Origin: Mustelus asterias
Taxonomy: Eukaryota
NCBI RefSeq assembly: GCF_964213995.1
Contig: NC_135830.1
Coordinates: forward strand, 4,960,001 to 5,024,000
Length of the DNA: 64,000 nt
Direction of reading: 5' to 3'
The notes below the pieces were generated by a model. That model had not been told where the DNA came from and searched no databases. It worked only from the letters and a program-made list of their open reading frames with translations. This document shows positions 25,702 through 39,068 of this stretch, piece after piece. The position numbers and the translations under genes are program-made. Positions within the stretch are counted from its first letter, which is position 1. Each line of letters opens with the position of its first letter.

Positions 25702-26640
25702 GTGTCCAGTATGAGTGGGAAACCAATGTGTTGTTCCCAGTGTAGGATGTGGGAGGTCCTGGAGGCATCTGGCCTCCCGGACATCCACATCTGTGAGGGG
25801 TGTGTCGAGCTGCGGTTCCTGAGAGACCGTGTTAGGGAGCTGGAACTACAACTCGAGGATCTTAGGCTGATGAGGGAGAATGAGGAGGTGATAGACAAGA
25901 GCTATCATCAGGTGGTCACACCAGGGCCACGGGAAGAGGCCAAGTGGGTGACGGCCAGGAAGGGTAAGGCTAGGGTGGTTGAGAGCTCCCCGGTGGATTT
26001 GCCCCTGCAGAACAAGTACTCCTGCTTGAGTACTGCTGGGGGGGACAGCCCGCCTGGGGGAAGCAGCAGTGGCCGTGTCTCCGCAGTGGAGTCCAGCCCT
26101 GTAACTCAGAGGGCTAAGGAAAAGAGGAGGAAGGCGGTATTAATCGGGGACGCGATGGTGAAGGGGACAGACAGGCGTTTCTGCGGAGGTAGGCGGGATT
26201 CTCGCATGGTGGTCTGCCTCCCTGGGGCCGGGATCCAGGATGTCGCTAGTCGCGTCCCGGAAATCCTGAGGTGGGAGGGAGAGGAGCCTGAGGTAGCGGT
26301 ACATATTGGTACCGCTGATGTGGGTAGGAAGGGAGAAGGGGTCATGAAAAGGGAGTACAGGGAATTAGGGAGACAGCTGAGAAAGAGGAAAGCAAAGGTA
26401 GTAATCTCAGGATTACTGCCTGTGCCACGGGAAGGTGAGGGCAGGAATGGAGTGAGGTGGAGGATGAATGTGTGGCTGAGGGACTGGTGCAGGGGGCAGG
26501 GATTCAGGTTCCTGGACCATTGGGACCTCTTTAGGGGCAGGGGTGATCTGTATACAAAAAACGGGTGGAACTTGAATCACACGGGGACCAATATCCTGGC
26601 CGGTAGGTTGGCTACGGCTACTGGGGAGAATTTAAACTAG
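25702..26640 (+). CDS. CR1 ORF1 (zinc finger/coiled coil plus SGNH esterase-like domain)
   Basis: CSQC...CEGC, coiled coil LRDRVRELELQLEDL, and IGDxMV / CLPGA / HIGT blocks. Confidence 0.85.
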   Translation: MSSMSGKPMCCSQCRMWEVLEASGLPDIHICEGCVELRFLRDRVRELELQLEDLRLMRENEEVIDKSYHQVVTPGPREEAKWVTARKGKARVVESSPVDLPLQNKYSCLSTAGGDSPPGGSSSGRVSAVESSPVTQRAKEKRRKAVLIGDAMVKGTDRRFCGGRRDSRMVVCLPGAGIQDVASRVPEILRWEGEEPEVAVHIGTADVGRKGEGVMKREYRELGRQLRKRKAKVVISGLLPVPREGEGRNGVRWRMNVWLRDWCRGQGFRFLDHWDLFRGRGDLYTKNGWNLNHTGTNILAGRLATATGENLN

Positions 26641-26734
26641 ATAGGTTGGGGGGAGGGGAGCTAGAAGAGTTGACTAGGATCAAGGAACTAATTGATGGGG
26701 GGGAGGATGCAGGGGTAAGGGGAATTACAAATTA

Positions 26735-29599
26735 ATGGTAGAGGAGAGGGTGCAAGTGAATGAAGGCGGTAATTTAGATAAGGGAGTAGAGGGAGACGGT
26801 GTTCGCGACTCATCAAAGCGGGTCCAGATAAAAGCTGGAATAAGGACACTTTGCCTGAATGCACGAAGCATTCGGAACAAGGTGAATGAGTTGATGGTGC
26901 AAATCAGCACAAGTGGGTACGATCTAGTGGCCATTACAGAAACGTGGCTGAAAGGTGACCAGGACTGGGAGATGAATATCCAGGGGTATCAGGCGTTTAG
27001 GAAGAATAGACAGGAAGGAAAAGGTGGTGGGGTCGCGCTATTAATAAGAGATAATATCAGGGTAGTACTGAGGGATGACATAGGCTCTGAGGAACAAAAC
27101 GTGGAATCATTATGGGTAGAGATGAGGAATAGTAGAGGGAGAAAGACACTAGTAGGTGTGGTATATAGGCCCCCAAATAATAATGTTGAGGTAGGGAGGG
27201 CTATAAACAAGCAGATAAGGGATGCGTGTAAAAACGGAACGGCAATAATCATGGGGGACTTCAACATGCACATTGACTGGCAGACTCAAGTCGGTAAGGG
27301 TGGAATGGAGGAAGAGTTCTTAGAATGCTGTCGGGATAGTTTCCTTGAACAGCATGTTACGGAACCGACGAGGGAACGAGCTATTTTGGATCTGGTATTG
27401 TGTAACGAGGTAGGTAGAATTAAGGATCTTATTGTGAAGGACCCTCTTGGGTCGAGTGACCACAATATGGTCGAATTTCTGATTCAGATGGAAGAGGAGA
27501 AAGTTTGGTCTCAAACCAGTGTCCTCTGTTTGAACAGAGGGAAATATGATAGGATGAGGGATGAATTGGCTAAGGTAGACTGGGAGAGCAAGCTGGCAGG
27601 TAGGATAGCTGAGGAACAGTGGAGGATTTTTAAGGAGATCCTTTTCAGTTCTCAGCAAAAATATATTCCAGCAAAAAACAAGGATTGTAAGAAAAGGGAG
27701 AACCAGCCGTGGATAATGAAGGAAATAAAGGAAAGTATTAAAATAAAAACAGCTGCGTACAGAGTGGCCAAAAATAGTGGAGAAACAAGTGATTGGGAAA
27801 AATTTAAGAAACAACAAAGAGAGACTAAGAAAGCGATAAAGAAAGGAAGGATAGACTATGAAGCTAGGCTAGCAATTAATATAAAAAATGATAGTAAAAG
27901 TTTTTATAAATATATAAAAAGGAATAGAGTGGCTAGAGTGAATGTTGGACCCTTGGAGGACGAGAGGGGGGAGTTAATAGTGGGAAATGAGGATATGGCT
28001 GAGTCTTTAAATACGTTTTTTGTGTCAGTCTTCACGGTGGAGGACACAAATAGTTTGCCAAATATTAACGATAGAGGGTTGGCAGCAGGAGAAATACTTA
28101 ATACAATTAATGTTACCAGAGAGGCAGTGCTGGGTAGACTAATGGGACTGAAGGTGGACAAGTCCCCGGGTCCGGATGGAATGCATCCCAGGGTATTGAA
28201 AGAAATGTCAGAGGTAATAGTGGATGCGTTAGTGATTATTTATCAAAACTTGTTGCATTCTGGGGTAGTGCCGGTTGATTGGAAAACGGCTAATGTTACG
28301 CCGCTGTTTAAAAAACGAAGGAGACAAAAGGCGGGTAACTATAGGCCGGTCAGCTTAACGTCTGTAGTAGGGAAAATGCTGGAATCCATTATTAAAGAGG
28401 AGATAGCAGGGCATCTGGATAGAAATGGTTCGATCAATCAGACGCAGCATGGATTCATGAGGGGAAAGTCGTGCTTGACGAACATGTTGGATTTTTATGA
28501 AGATGTGACGAGGGCGGTTGATGGAGGAGAACCGGTGGATGCGGTGTTTTTGGATTTCCAAAAGGCGTTTGATAAGGTGCCCCATAAAAGGCTGCTGAAG
28601 AAGATTAGGGCACACGGAGTTGGGGGTAGTGTGTTAAAGTGGATTGGGGACTGGCTATCCGACAGGAAGCAAAGAGTCGGAATAAATGGGTGTTTTTCCG
28701 GTTGGAGGAAGGTAACTAGTGGCGTGCCACAGGGATCGGTACTCGGGCCGCAACTGTTTACCATTTATATAGATGATCTGGAGGAGGGGACGGAGTGTAG
28801 GGTAACGAAGTTTGCAGACGACACAAAGATAAGTGGAAAAGTGAATCGTGTGGAGGACGGAGAAGATCTGCAGAGAGATTTGGACAGGCTGAGTGAGTGG
28901 GCGAGGATATGGCAAATGGAGTATAACGTTGAGAAATGCGAGGTTATACACTTTGGAGGAAATAATAACAAATGGGATTACTATCTCAATGGAAACAAAT
29001 TAAAACATGCTACCGTGCAAAGGGACCTGGGGGTCCTTGTGCATGAGACGCAAAAGCCCAGTCTGCAGGTACAACAGGTGATCAAGAAGGCAAATGGGAT
29101 GTTGGCCTATATTGCGAGGGGGATATAATATAAAAGCAGGGATGTCTTGATGCACCTGTACAGGGCATTGGTGAGGCCGCAGCTGGAATACTGTGTGCAG
29201 TATTGGTCCCCTTATATGAGGAAGGATATATTGGCATTGGAGGGAGTGCAGAGAAGGTTCACCAGGTTGATACCGGAGATGAGGGGTTTGGATTATGAGG
29301 AGAGGCTGAGGAGATTGGGGTTGTACTCGTTGGAGTTTAGAAGGATGAGGGGGGATCTTATGGAGACTTATAAGATAATGCGGGGGCTGGATAGGGTGGA
29401 GGCGGAGAGATTCTTTCCACTTAGTAAGGAAGTTAAAACTAGAGGACACAGCCTCAAAATAAAGGGGGGTCGGTTTAAGACAGAGTTGAGGAGGAACTTC
29501 TTCTCCCAGAGGGTGGTGAATCTCTGGAATTCTCTGCCCACTGAGGTGGTGGAGGCTACCTCGCTGAATATGTTTAAAGCCGGATGGATGGATTCCTGA
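26735..29599 (+). pseudogene. CR1 ORF2 (APE endonuclease plus reverse transcriptase), TAA at 29126-29128
   Basis: [29 protein letters not shown] and KFADDTK. The frame continues past the stop (GI*YKS) into ORF 29147-29599. Confidence 0.92.
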
Positions 29600-31089
29600 T
29601 CGGTAAGGGAATTAAGGGTTATGGGGATCAGGCGGGTAAGTGGTACTGATCCACGTCAGATCAGCCATGATCTTATTGAATGGCGGGGCAGGCTCGAGGG
29701 GCTAGATGGCCTACTCCTGCTCCTATTTCTTATGTTCTTATGAACGATTAAATCAAGGAAGCAATTTTATTGATCACAAACAGCCATGCTTTACAGTATA
29801 CTTGGGCCTTGAAGTATGCATTTTTAATCAATTTGTGGGTTAATAGAAGGCTTTTCGTAAAAGACAAAAATCAAATAATAAAATGTGAATAGATGAAGGT
29901 AAAATTATTAAAGATGTCTGAACGTTTCCATCCAGTAATTTGATGTTAATTGTTTAACACTGTTTAAGATTTCGTTGAAACCCAATTACTTAACAACGTT
30001 CTCTGCAGAAGGGAGTTTTGAATTATTGAGAACTGTTTTTTATTATATAAAACAAATCAGCTGACAGGAGAAAGAACTGGCAATTAATAATAAGTTATAT
30101 ATAATATTCGTGCTAATTAATTCAACAAAAATGACCTCCAACAATCAAATTTAACGGTTTTAGAGAATATTTAATTGTATGGAAAATGAATTCAGAAAAC
30201 AATACATTACTCAGCTGTAATCTGCTCTATAAGGTGTTTTGCTTCGATTATTTTGTTGATTACAGTTAATTAAGAAATTAGATCGAATCAGGTAATGATT
30301 TTCAATTTAAATATTTCCTGGTTTGTTTAATTCTTACTGTAACACCATATCTGTTAGGGAAATTAAACTACACTGAATCTGTTAAATTCGATGTGCTCAT
30401 TTTCAGCGAAATTGCATTTTTCTGCCCAGTTTTCGAGATTTAAAAGAGACAGGGGAAAATTATTAAAAGCTGACCCACCGGCCATGGGAATATTGGATTT
30501 TACAGTGTAATTCGATTTTACAGTCGCTTGCGAGGCCAAAATTTGATATCTTTCGCAAGGGGCAAATTTTGACTTGAAGTATCCTTGAATGACTGCAGTC
30601 CATGTGGTGCCAATGTATCTGCTGTGCTGTTGCAGAGGAAGTCCCAGGACTTTGACCCAGCGACAGTGAAGCAACAGCGACATTGTTTCAAATATAGACT
30701 TGCACAGGATATAGATCGGGTGGTAGTCCACCTCCCCCCGCCCCACCCCCCCAACCAACCTCTCTCTCTCTCTCTCCCTCACACACATACGCATACACAG
30801 ACATGCACACACCCGAACACACACACACACCCTCTCACACATGCACACCCTCTCTTACACAGAGGCTCACTGTCCCACACACGTACACGCTCAGGCTCTC
30901 ATACATAATCTCTCTTTCTTATCCACACTCACACACATTCATACATGTCTCTCACACATTCGCCCTCACATACACCCAACACACAATCTCTCTCTATACA
31001 CACACAGTCATACGCACGCACACTATCTCACACACGTTTTTTCACATTTTTTCTCTCATTTTTTCTCTCTCATTTTATCACAAACACGC

Positions 31090-31850
31090 ACTCGACGGAC
31101 ATTTCATGCCCTCAGGCCTGTCCATGGCCTGCTGCAATATTCCAGTGAAGCTCAACACAAACTGGAGGAACAACACCTCATCTTTCGCTTCGGCGCTTTA
31201 CTGGCTTCCGGCCTCAACATCGAATTCAATGTCAGATGATTAGCTCTACCCCACTTGGAACCCCTTGTTTCTTTTTTTTAATGTTCTTTACCTTTGTTTT
31301 TCCCCATCTTTCTTTTCTCTCGTTTATTTTCCTTTTTAACATTTTTCTACTTTCATTTCCGATCTTTTATTTTTCATTGTATTCGTCTTTCTTTATTTTT
31401 CTTCCCACTCTACTCTTACCCCCATTTTACTTTTTTCCTTCTTTCCTTACCCCCCCCCCCCACCTTTTATTCTTTCATTCATCCCTTTTCCTCTTCTTTT
31501 CTACTTTTTTCCCACGCTTCTCCCTTTGTCACCCCTCCCCCAACTTCAGGGCCATCTGTTACATCTCTAGTTTACCCTCTGATTTTGACTTCTCTGCCGT
31601 TTGGCCATTCACACATTCTATTCTCTCCATGGACTTCCATCAGCACTTTTGAGCACCTTTCCCTTCGTTCTTGCCTATGACTCATCTTTTATTCCCTCAC
31701 CCTACAGCATAAATATCTTTCAGTATCTATGCTCTTTAGTTTTGACAAACGGTCGTCCAGACTCGAAACATCAGCTATTTTCTCTCCTTACCGATGCTGC
31801 CAAACGTACTGAGCTTGTCCAGCGTTTTCCCTTTTTATCAGAGGTTCATG
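31090..31850 (+). mobile_element. Penelope-like element 3' fragment (GIY-YIG end)
   Basis: KLEEQHLIFRFGALLASGLNIEF at the end of ORF 30841-31239. PLE-type terminus (CTCGAAACATCAGCT) at about 31762. Confidence 0.7.
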
Positions 31851-32569
31851 TTCTCTCAAACGTGGCCCTCACGCACACACCAACTATGTTTCATTTGCAC
31901 GTTCTTTCTCTCTCACTTTTCCCTTCACACACTCTCATACGCACTCAAGTATAAAATAACGCTGCAAACACACACATTTTCTCTTTCTCTCTCTCTCTCT
32001 CTGAGACACACACACTCACGCACACTGTCTCTCACACACAGAGACACTGCCTCACACATGGAAAATCTCAGGCTCTCACATGCAAATGTCTCTCACACAC
32101 TCCCTCTCAGACGAACGACACACAATCTCGGCCACACACACGTCTCTCACTCTCCATCTCACGCAAACACACACCACACACGATCTTTCTTTCATTCTCT
32201 CTCTCTCACACACAAACACACGCACGCAAACACACCTACACACACACAAACACACACCCACACTGTCTAACACATATTATCCCCAACACCAGCACTCCAC
32301 AAGCTATGTCCTCAGCCCCTTACTAAACTTCTTATAGTAAGAAGGTTGAATTCCAACAGGTTTATTTGGAATCACGACCTTTCGGAGCTCTGCTCCTTCG
32401 TCACGGGAGTCCACTTTGAGCCGGCGGCTTGCGGTGCCGATGATAGCAATGATGTGTAGATGCCAGCGTTGGACTGGGGTGGGTACAGTAAGAAGTCGCA
32501 CAACACCAGGTTAAAGTCCAACAGGTTTATTTGGAATCATGAGCTTTCATAGCGCTGCTCCATTATCTG

Positions 32570-33495
32570 ATCCACCCTCACTGACACACATTGACTCACT
32601 TATCCTCACTGACCCAAACTCACCCACACTCACTCATTCACCCTCATTCACCCACCCACACTCACTCTCAAACAATCACCCTTACTCGCACACCCTCAGT
32701 CACTTACACTCTCTCAAACATCCAGACTGACCCCGACTCACTCACATGCTCTTACGCACCCTCTTTCGCTCACACACTCTCATTCACCCACCTTCATTCA
32801 CTCATCCCCACTCACCCAGCCTCATTCACCCACACTCACCTTCACCCACCCTCACCCTGACACACCCATCGGCATTCATCCTCACTCAACCTCACTCACT
32901 CACCATCTCTCAGTCACCCACGCTCACTCTTCCTCAATCACTCGCCGTCACTGAAACTCAATCACCTTCACTCACACATCCTGATTCACTCACAATCGCT
33001 CACCCTCACTCAGTCACTCATTACAATTCACTAAGACTCACTAATTCACTCTCACTCATTTTCACCACCTCACTCAGTCACCCTGGCTCACTCACCCAAC
33101 CTCAGTTACTCTCAGTGATTTTCACACGCTGTCCAACATCATTCACTCATTCTCACTCACTCACTTTCACACTACCTCACTCACACAGCGTCACTCAGTC
33201 GCCTTCACTCACCCTCACTCACTCACGTTCACTCACACTCACTCATATGCACTCATCTTCATCCATCCCCATGCACTCACTCACTCATTGAAACTTAGTT
33301 GCGTCACTCACCCTCATTCACTCACCTTCACTCACACTCACTCATGTGCACTCATCTTCATCATCCCCATGCACTCAATCAGTCACTGAAACTTCCTTGT
33401 GTCACTCACTCTCACTCACCATCATTCAATCAGCCTCACTCACTCACCCTCATCCCTCACCCAGCATCACTCACTCACACTCTCCCACTCACAGT
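32570..33495. repeat. Degenerate (CACT)n low-complexity tract
   Basis: Continuous CACTCA/CTCACC motifs. Confidence 0.85.
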
Positions 33496-33589
33496 CGCGA
33501 AATGGGCGGCGGTGGGTGGGGAGGGAGGTGGGGAGGTGGTGGGGGGGGTGGTCTATTCAACAACAGAGAACTGAAGTGAGATCTGAAGA

Positions 33590-34265
33590 CGAGTGATGTC
33601 CAAATGCAGGAGAATGCCAAGAGTGAGATGAAGGGAAGCTCAAGAGCCAGGGAAACTGCACAGAGGCGGGGAAACCACAGGATGCAAGTGGAAATGGCCG
33701 ACAGCCAGGGAAATTCAGAGACCAGGTTAAAGGATGGACAGCCGGTGGAACGGGCACAAAGATGAAAGGAAGTACAGAGAGTCGGAGAAAATTACAGAAT
33801 GCCTTGGAAAAGAGTACAGAACCGGAGGAAAATGCAGGGAGTCGGGGGGAAAGGGCTGAGAACCGGGGGAAAGGGAATACAGCCGGGTGATTGGGAAAAG
33901 AGCTGGCGGGAAAGAGCATAGAGCCAGGGGGAATGGCAGGATGCCGGTGAAAAAAGCAAGGAGTCGGGGGAAAGGGCAAAGAGGCGGGGAAAGGGCAGAG
34001 AGCCGGGGGACAATGGTAGAGAGAAAGTGGAGATACAGGAAGGAACGTAGCATACAGAAAGTCCAGAAAGAGCAGAGAAAGGGCACAGAGCCTGGGGAAA
34101 GTGTAGGGAGAGGGAGTCATGGCAGAGATGCGGGGAAAAGCGAAGTGGGGGGGCGGGGGGTCAAATGTGCAGAGAGCATAGTGAGACGGGTCAAAGCGCA
34201 GGGAGCCGAGGGAAAATGTGGAAAGCCGAGGGATCGGGGAAAGATCCGGGAAAGAGTAGACAGCT
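33590..34265. repeat. Purine/G-rich degenerate minisatellite (AGAGCCGGGGAAA-like)
   Basis: Repeated AGAGCC/AGCCGGG/GGGAAA units with strong G+A bias on the + strand. Confidence 0.75.
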
Positions 34266-34419
34266 AACTTTCCGTAGGCGAGGGGAAAGGTTGGAATATG
34301 GAGTTAACAGCACAATCAGTTCAGCCATGATGTTACTGAATGGAGGAGAAAGCTCAAGGGGCGGAATGTCCTTCTCATGCTTTGAATGTATGGTCCTAAG
34401 ATTAGAGAAAATTGTTTAA

Positions 34420-35430
34420 TTATTTTGTTTATTCATTCTTGGGATATGGGATCGCTGGATGGCCAGCCTTTATTGCCCATCCCTGGTTGCCCTCGAGAAG
34501 GTGGTGGTGAGCTGCCTTCTTGAATCGCTGCAGTTCATGTTCTGTGGAATGCCGTTAGGGAGGGAATTCTAGGATTTTGACCCAGCGACTGCGAAGGAAC
34601 GGCGATATATTTCCAAGTCGGGATGGTGAACGGCTTGGAGGGGAACTTGCAGGTGGAGGTGTTCCCATTTATCTGCCGCCGTTGTCCTTTTAGATGCAAG
34701 AGTTCTTGAGTGTGGAAGCTGCTGTCTAAGAATCTTTGGTCAATTGCTGCAGTGCATCTTGCAGATAGCATACACTGCTGCTACTGAGCGTCGGTGGTGG
34801 AGAGATTGGATCTTTGTAGATCCGTGGCAATCAAGCGGGCTGCTTTGTCCGGGATGGTGTCAAGCTTCCTGAGTGTTGTTGGAGCTGCACCCATCTAGCC
34901 AAGTGGGGAGTATTCCATTGCACTTTTGACAAGTACCTTTTAGTTGATTGATAGGCTTTGGGGAGTCAGGAGTTGAGTTACTCGCCGCGGTATTCCTAGC
35001 CTCTGAACTGTTCTCGTAGCCACTGTGTTTATGTGGTGTGCCCAGTTGAGTTTCTGGTCAATGGTAACCCCAAAAGTTTCGACATTGATTCAGTGATGTT
35101 AACACCATCAAAAGTCAAGGGACTGTGTTTAGAGTTTCCCTTATTTGTGATTGTCATTGCCTGGCATTTGTGCGGCGCGAATGTTACTTGCCACCTGTCA
35201 GACTCAAGCCTGGATATTGTCCAGATCTTGTTGCATTTGAACATGGACTGCTTCACCATCTGATGAGTGGCGAATCATTGGTGAATATCCCCACTTCTGA
35301 CCTTACGACGGAGGGAAGGTCATTGCTGAAGCAGCTGAAGACTGTTCGGCTTAGGATACTACCCGAAGGCAGAGATGTTCTTGAGCTGCGATGACTGACC
35401 CTCCATAACCACAGCCACCTTCCTATGGAC
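34420..35430 (-). mobile_element. Decayed LINE fragment (CR1/L2 group)
   Basis: Minus-strand RT C-terminal remnant WQVTFAPHKCQAMTI. Confidence 0.6.
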
Positions 35431-36448
35431 TATCACTTGCTGATTTTGCCGTTCGTCATGCAAGTCGTCTTTGTAGTCCAAGTAGTAATTGCAATTGCTT
35501 GAATTAGTATTGACAGTTAGGGCATATGATGATTACATAAATATTCATCCTGATGGCATTTTTAAAGCAAAGTCACGAATCATTGTTTTTGGGGCTTTGG
35601 GTGTTGTAGGAGGGGGCGTTTGGTGGCAGAGGGATGGAAAGAGGAGGAGAGGGGCATTAGTGGGCTTGAACACTGGCAATTTGGCCGCATGGTGGCACAG
35701 TGTTGAGCACTGCTGCCTCTCAGCGCCAGGGACCCAGGCTCGATTTCAACCCCAGTCACTGTCTGTGTGGAGTTTGTACATCCTCTCCGTGCCTGCGTGG
35801 GTTTCCTTCGGGTGCTCCGGTTTCCTCCCACACTCCAAAGATGTGCGGGTTACATTGATTGGCCAGGCTAAATTGACCCTAGTGTCAGGGGGATTAGCAG
35901 GGTAATATTCGATATGAAATGTGTTTACAGAGAATATTCCACGAGCTGGCAGGGTTCGCAAGAGCAGTAGCAGGGTTTGGGAATAGGGCCTGGGTGGGAT
36001 TGTCATTGGTACAGACTAAATGGGCCAAATGGCCTCCTTCTGTACTGTAGGGATTCTCTAATTTCCAAAACTGCAACGACATAAATGTAGAGACAACTTC
36101 CTCCTCACCAACTGTTGATGATTGAGAAACAAATGGTCGCAGAGTTGATGGACAGAATCCGCTGTCTCTTCTCTTTTGATCCAATGCCATGTATGTCATT
36201 CAGATAACGTCAAAATGTTTTTTTTCTCCAATGTGACAGAGACGGAGAAAGAGATGTGAGTTTCTACAGAGGGAAGGAACAGGTGATGGTTTCTAACTAA
36301 TAGCACAAATAAAATCTCAAATGTGATGTAGGTTTTGTTCGGAAATATTAGCATAACCTCACAGTTCTGGTCAAATCCTGAAATGTCTGCTGGCTTAGTA
36401 ATCGCAAATAACAGAGTCTAACTTGTTATATCGGCCATTCTTTCCCAG

Positions 36449-36748
36449 CGACACCGTCTCCGCTCGTTCTCCACAACCTGGTCTCCTCCTGTCAGCAACA
36501 CAACACCGACGGCACCGTCACCTACGGCTGCTTGGCGATGGACTACTTCCCAGAAATCACCAGGCTGACCTGGAAGAAAGATGGACAGCCGATCACCACT
36601 GGAGTTAAGACTTACCCATCAATGAGAAACACAAAGGGAACCTACACCCTAAGCAGCCAATTAACCATCACCGAGTCAGAGGGAGCATGCAGCAACATCA
36701 ACTGTGAGGTTCGACACAGCGGTTCAGATAAGAGCATTGAAATGCAAT
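36449..36748 (+). CDS. IGHM: IgM Cmu1 exon
   Basis: CAG acceptor, then [15 protein letters not shown]...[10 protein letters not shown]...WKKDG...YTLSSQLTI...NCEVRH, then GTAAG donor. Phase 1/1, 300 nt, open. Confidence 0.93.
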
Positions 36749-36955
36749 GTAAGTGTTGTAGAAATTGTACATAACAAAATTCCTTTGATTAACCTGTATG
36801 TGACATTTGTTATAACTAATTTATAGAGATCTGCATATTCTTGACCCCTGGAATATCCAGGTTTGTGTCCATTGACTGCAAATGAATTGATAATACAGAA
36901 TGCATTTGATTGATCAACATCTTCTGCTGAAAATGATTAACATGTGTTTCTGAAG

Positions 36956-37270
36956 GTCCTCGAGATGACATCGCACCAACCGTTATCCTCACCGTGAGTT
37001 CCAGTGAAGAAATCACAAGCAGCAAATTTACAACCGTTATCTGTTCAATTATCGGTTTCTTTCCAAAGTCAATGACGGTGAAGTGGCTGAAGAATGGACA
37101 ACCCATGGATTCAGGAATTGTCACCTCTCCCGCCTGGAATGCGAATGGGAACTTCTCGGCGAGCAGTGGGCTGACAGTCTCCGCTGGAGAATGGTTCAGC
37201 AAAGCAGTCTATACCTGCCAGGTCACTCATCAAGGCCTCCTCCAAAGTCGAAACATCACTGGATCTCTGG
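36956..37270 (+). CDS. IGHM: IgM Cmu2 exon
   Basis: [13 protein letters not shown]...[22 protein letters not shown]...[18 protein letters not shown] flanks, phase 1/1, open. Confidence 0.93.
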
Positions 37271-37948
37271 GTAAGAGGCACAGACCAATAAAGAAATTGG
37301 TTACTCTGCGCTCTGCTTTTAATCAAAACCAAAAATGATTGAAGTTAGGACATTGCAGGCAACAAATTCTTAGTTATTTCTATGTAGTTTGTGTTTCATT
37401 CTAATGTAAGAGCTCCATTTGGATTGCTCACTATTCAGGATTTTATCAGAATTGCAAAAAATGATTCCCCCAACTTTGATACTTTGATGTCATATAGTGA
37501 GAGAGGTGGAATTGATACCAGCTTTATCCTTTGATTTCATTTATTAGTGTGACATGCATTAATATGCACAGAAATTCCTGAGGCAGCTGATAATATTTGG
37601 ACTGATGTCGTTGTCTGGTAACACCTTTAGGGTAATGTGTTGAAAAGTGCATTCACCCTATTTATAAACCAACGTTCAGGACTGCATTCCTGAGATCAGG
37701 AATGATATATTTGTATTGGGAAAGTTGCAATGTCGATTCATTAGAATGGGAGTGGAGCAGAAATATTTTAACAATGAGAATAGTTTTCCCAGACCAAGCT
37801 GGTTTTTCATTGACTATAGAAGATTAAGGGCGATGGTTGGAGTTTGATATCTCGAAGTTGATTTATTCCATTTAGAGTGTGAGGGCTGAATAATGTTGTC
37901 TTGATTCTGAAGATGGAACTTGTGTTGATTTTCATTTTTCCTTTGCAG

Positions 37949-38257
37949 ATTCTTACCAGAATGCTGATTCCACCTTGACAATACTGCCACCACCAATTGA
38001 ACAGGTCTTACTGGAGGCTACTGTAACCTTAACCTGCGTCATATCTCATGCTCCTTATGGACTCAACGTGTCCTGGAGCCAAGACAAGAAGGCTTTGAAA
38101 TCAGATATTGCTGAAAAGCCTGGAGAGGATCCTTACAGCGTCGTCAGCAACTTAAACATCTCAACACAAGCCTGGCTGAGTGGGACTGTGTTTGACTGCA
38201 TTGCGAACCATGAGGATCTGCCGACACCTTTAAGAAAATCCGTCCACAAGGAAGAAG
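37949..38257 (+). CDS. IGHM: IgM Cmu3 exon
   Basis: [19 protein letters not shown]...VSWSQ...[26 protein letters not shown] acceptor, GTGAG donor. Confidence 0.93.
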
Positions 38258-39068
38258 GTGAGTGGAGGGATTGGAGCGATTAATGAGCCATTGTGTCTAT
38301 TTACATTATATGTGTAAAGTCAATATGTATTATTCCATGTTCTTTTGGCCTCTCCTGATTGATAATTCCATTAACTAAACACTCTGGTCGTGCGGACTTT
38401 TTTAAATGGGGAAATTGATAAGTTGATGAATGAACAATGAATTGAAGGTGGTGAGATTGGCTTAGATTGAGTAAGAGCATGGGCAGTAAGTTATAGTCAT
38501 TCGACCCTTTGAGTATGCTCTGGCATTCAGTGAGATCATGACACATCCGATAGGGTAACGTTGCACTCCACTTTCCCGCCCCAACTCCATATTTGTTGAT
38601 TCCCTTATTGATTACAAATTTGTCTACGAACATACTTAATGACCCAGCGTCTAGAGCCCACTGTAGTAAATAATTTAACAGATTCACTACCCTCTGAGAG
38701 GAAATTCCTCCTTATCCCTCTCCTAAATGGCTCAGCCCCTTACTCAGATATTATACCTTGTAGTCCGAGACTCTTCCACAAAAGGGGAGAAAAGAAACGT
38801 CTCAGCATCTACCCTGTCCCGACACCTGAGCATGATATATAGCTCAATAAGGTTGCCTCACATTTATCTAATCTCCAATGAGTTACATGGCAGACCTCCT
38901 CAACCATTCCTCGAAGGAACATGCATCAAATCGCATTTGTCCGGATAAAATTCCATCTGACATTTCCCCTCCCAAATTGTCAGTCTACCTATATCCTGCT
39001 GTATTATTTGACAATCCTCATCACTATCCGCAGTTCCAGCAATCTTAGTATCATCCGCAAGATGATAA

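Larger units (their letters stand above)
25207..29742 (+). mobile_element. Near full-length CR1 LINE in the J-C intron
   Basis: Duplicated 184-bp 5' unit, ORF1, ORF2 with one nonsense codon and a late frameshift, and a TTCTTATG tail. Confidence 0.95.

Noticed and set aside
30363-33600. Many His/Thr/Ser- or Cys/Val-rich ORFs (also 43314-44316)
   Set aside because: They are translations of (CA)n and (CACT)n low-complexity DNA with no splice or domain support.
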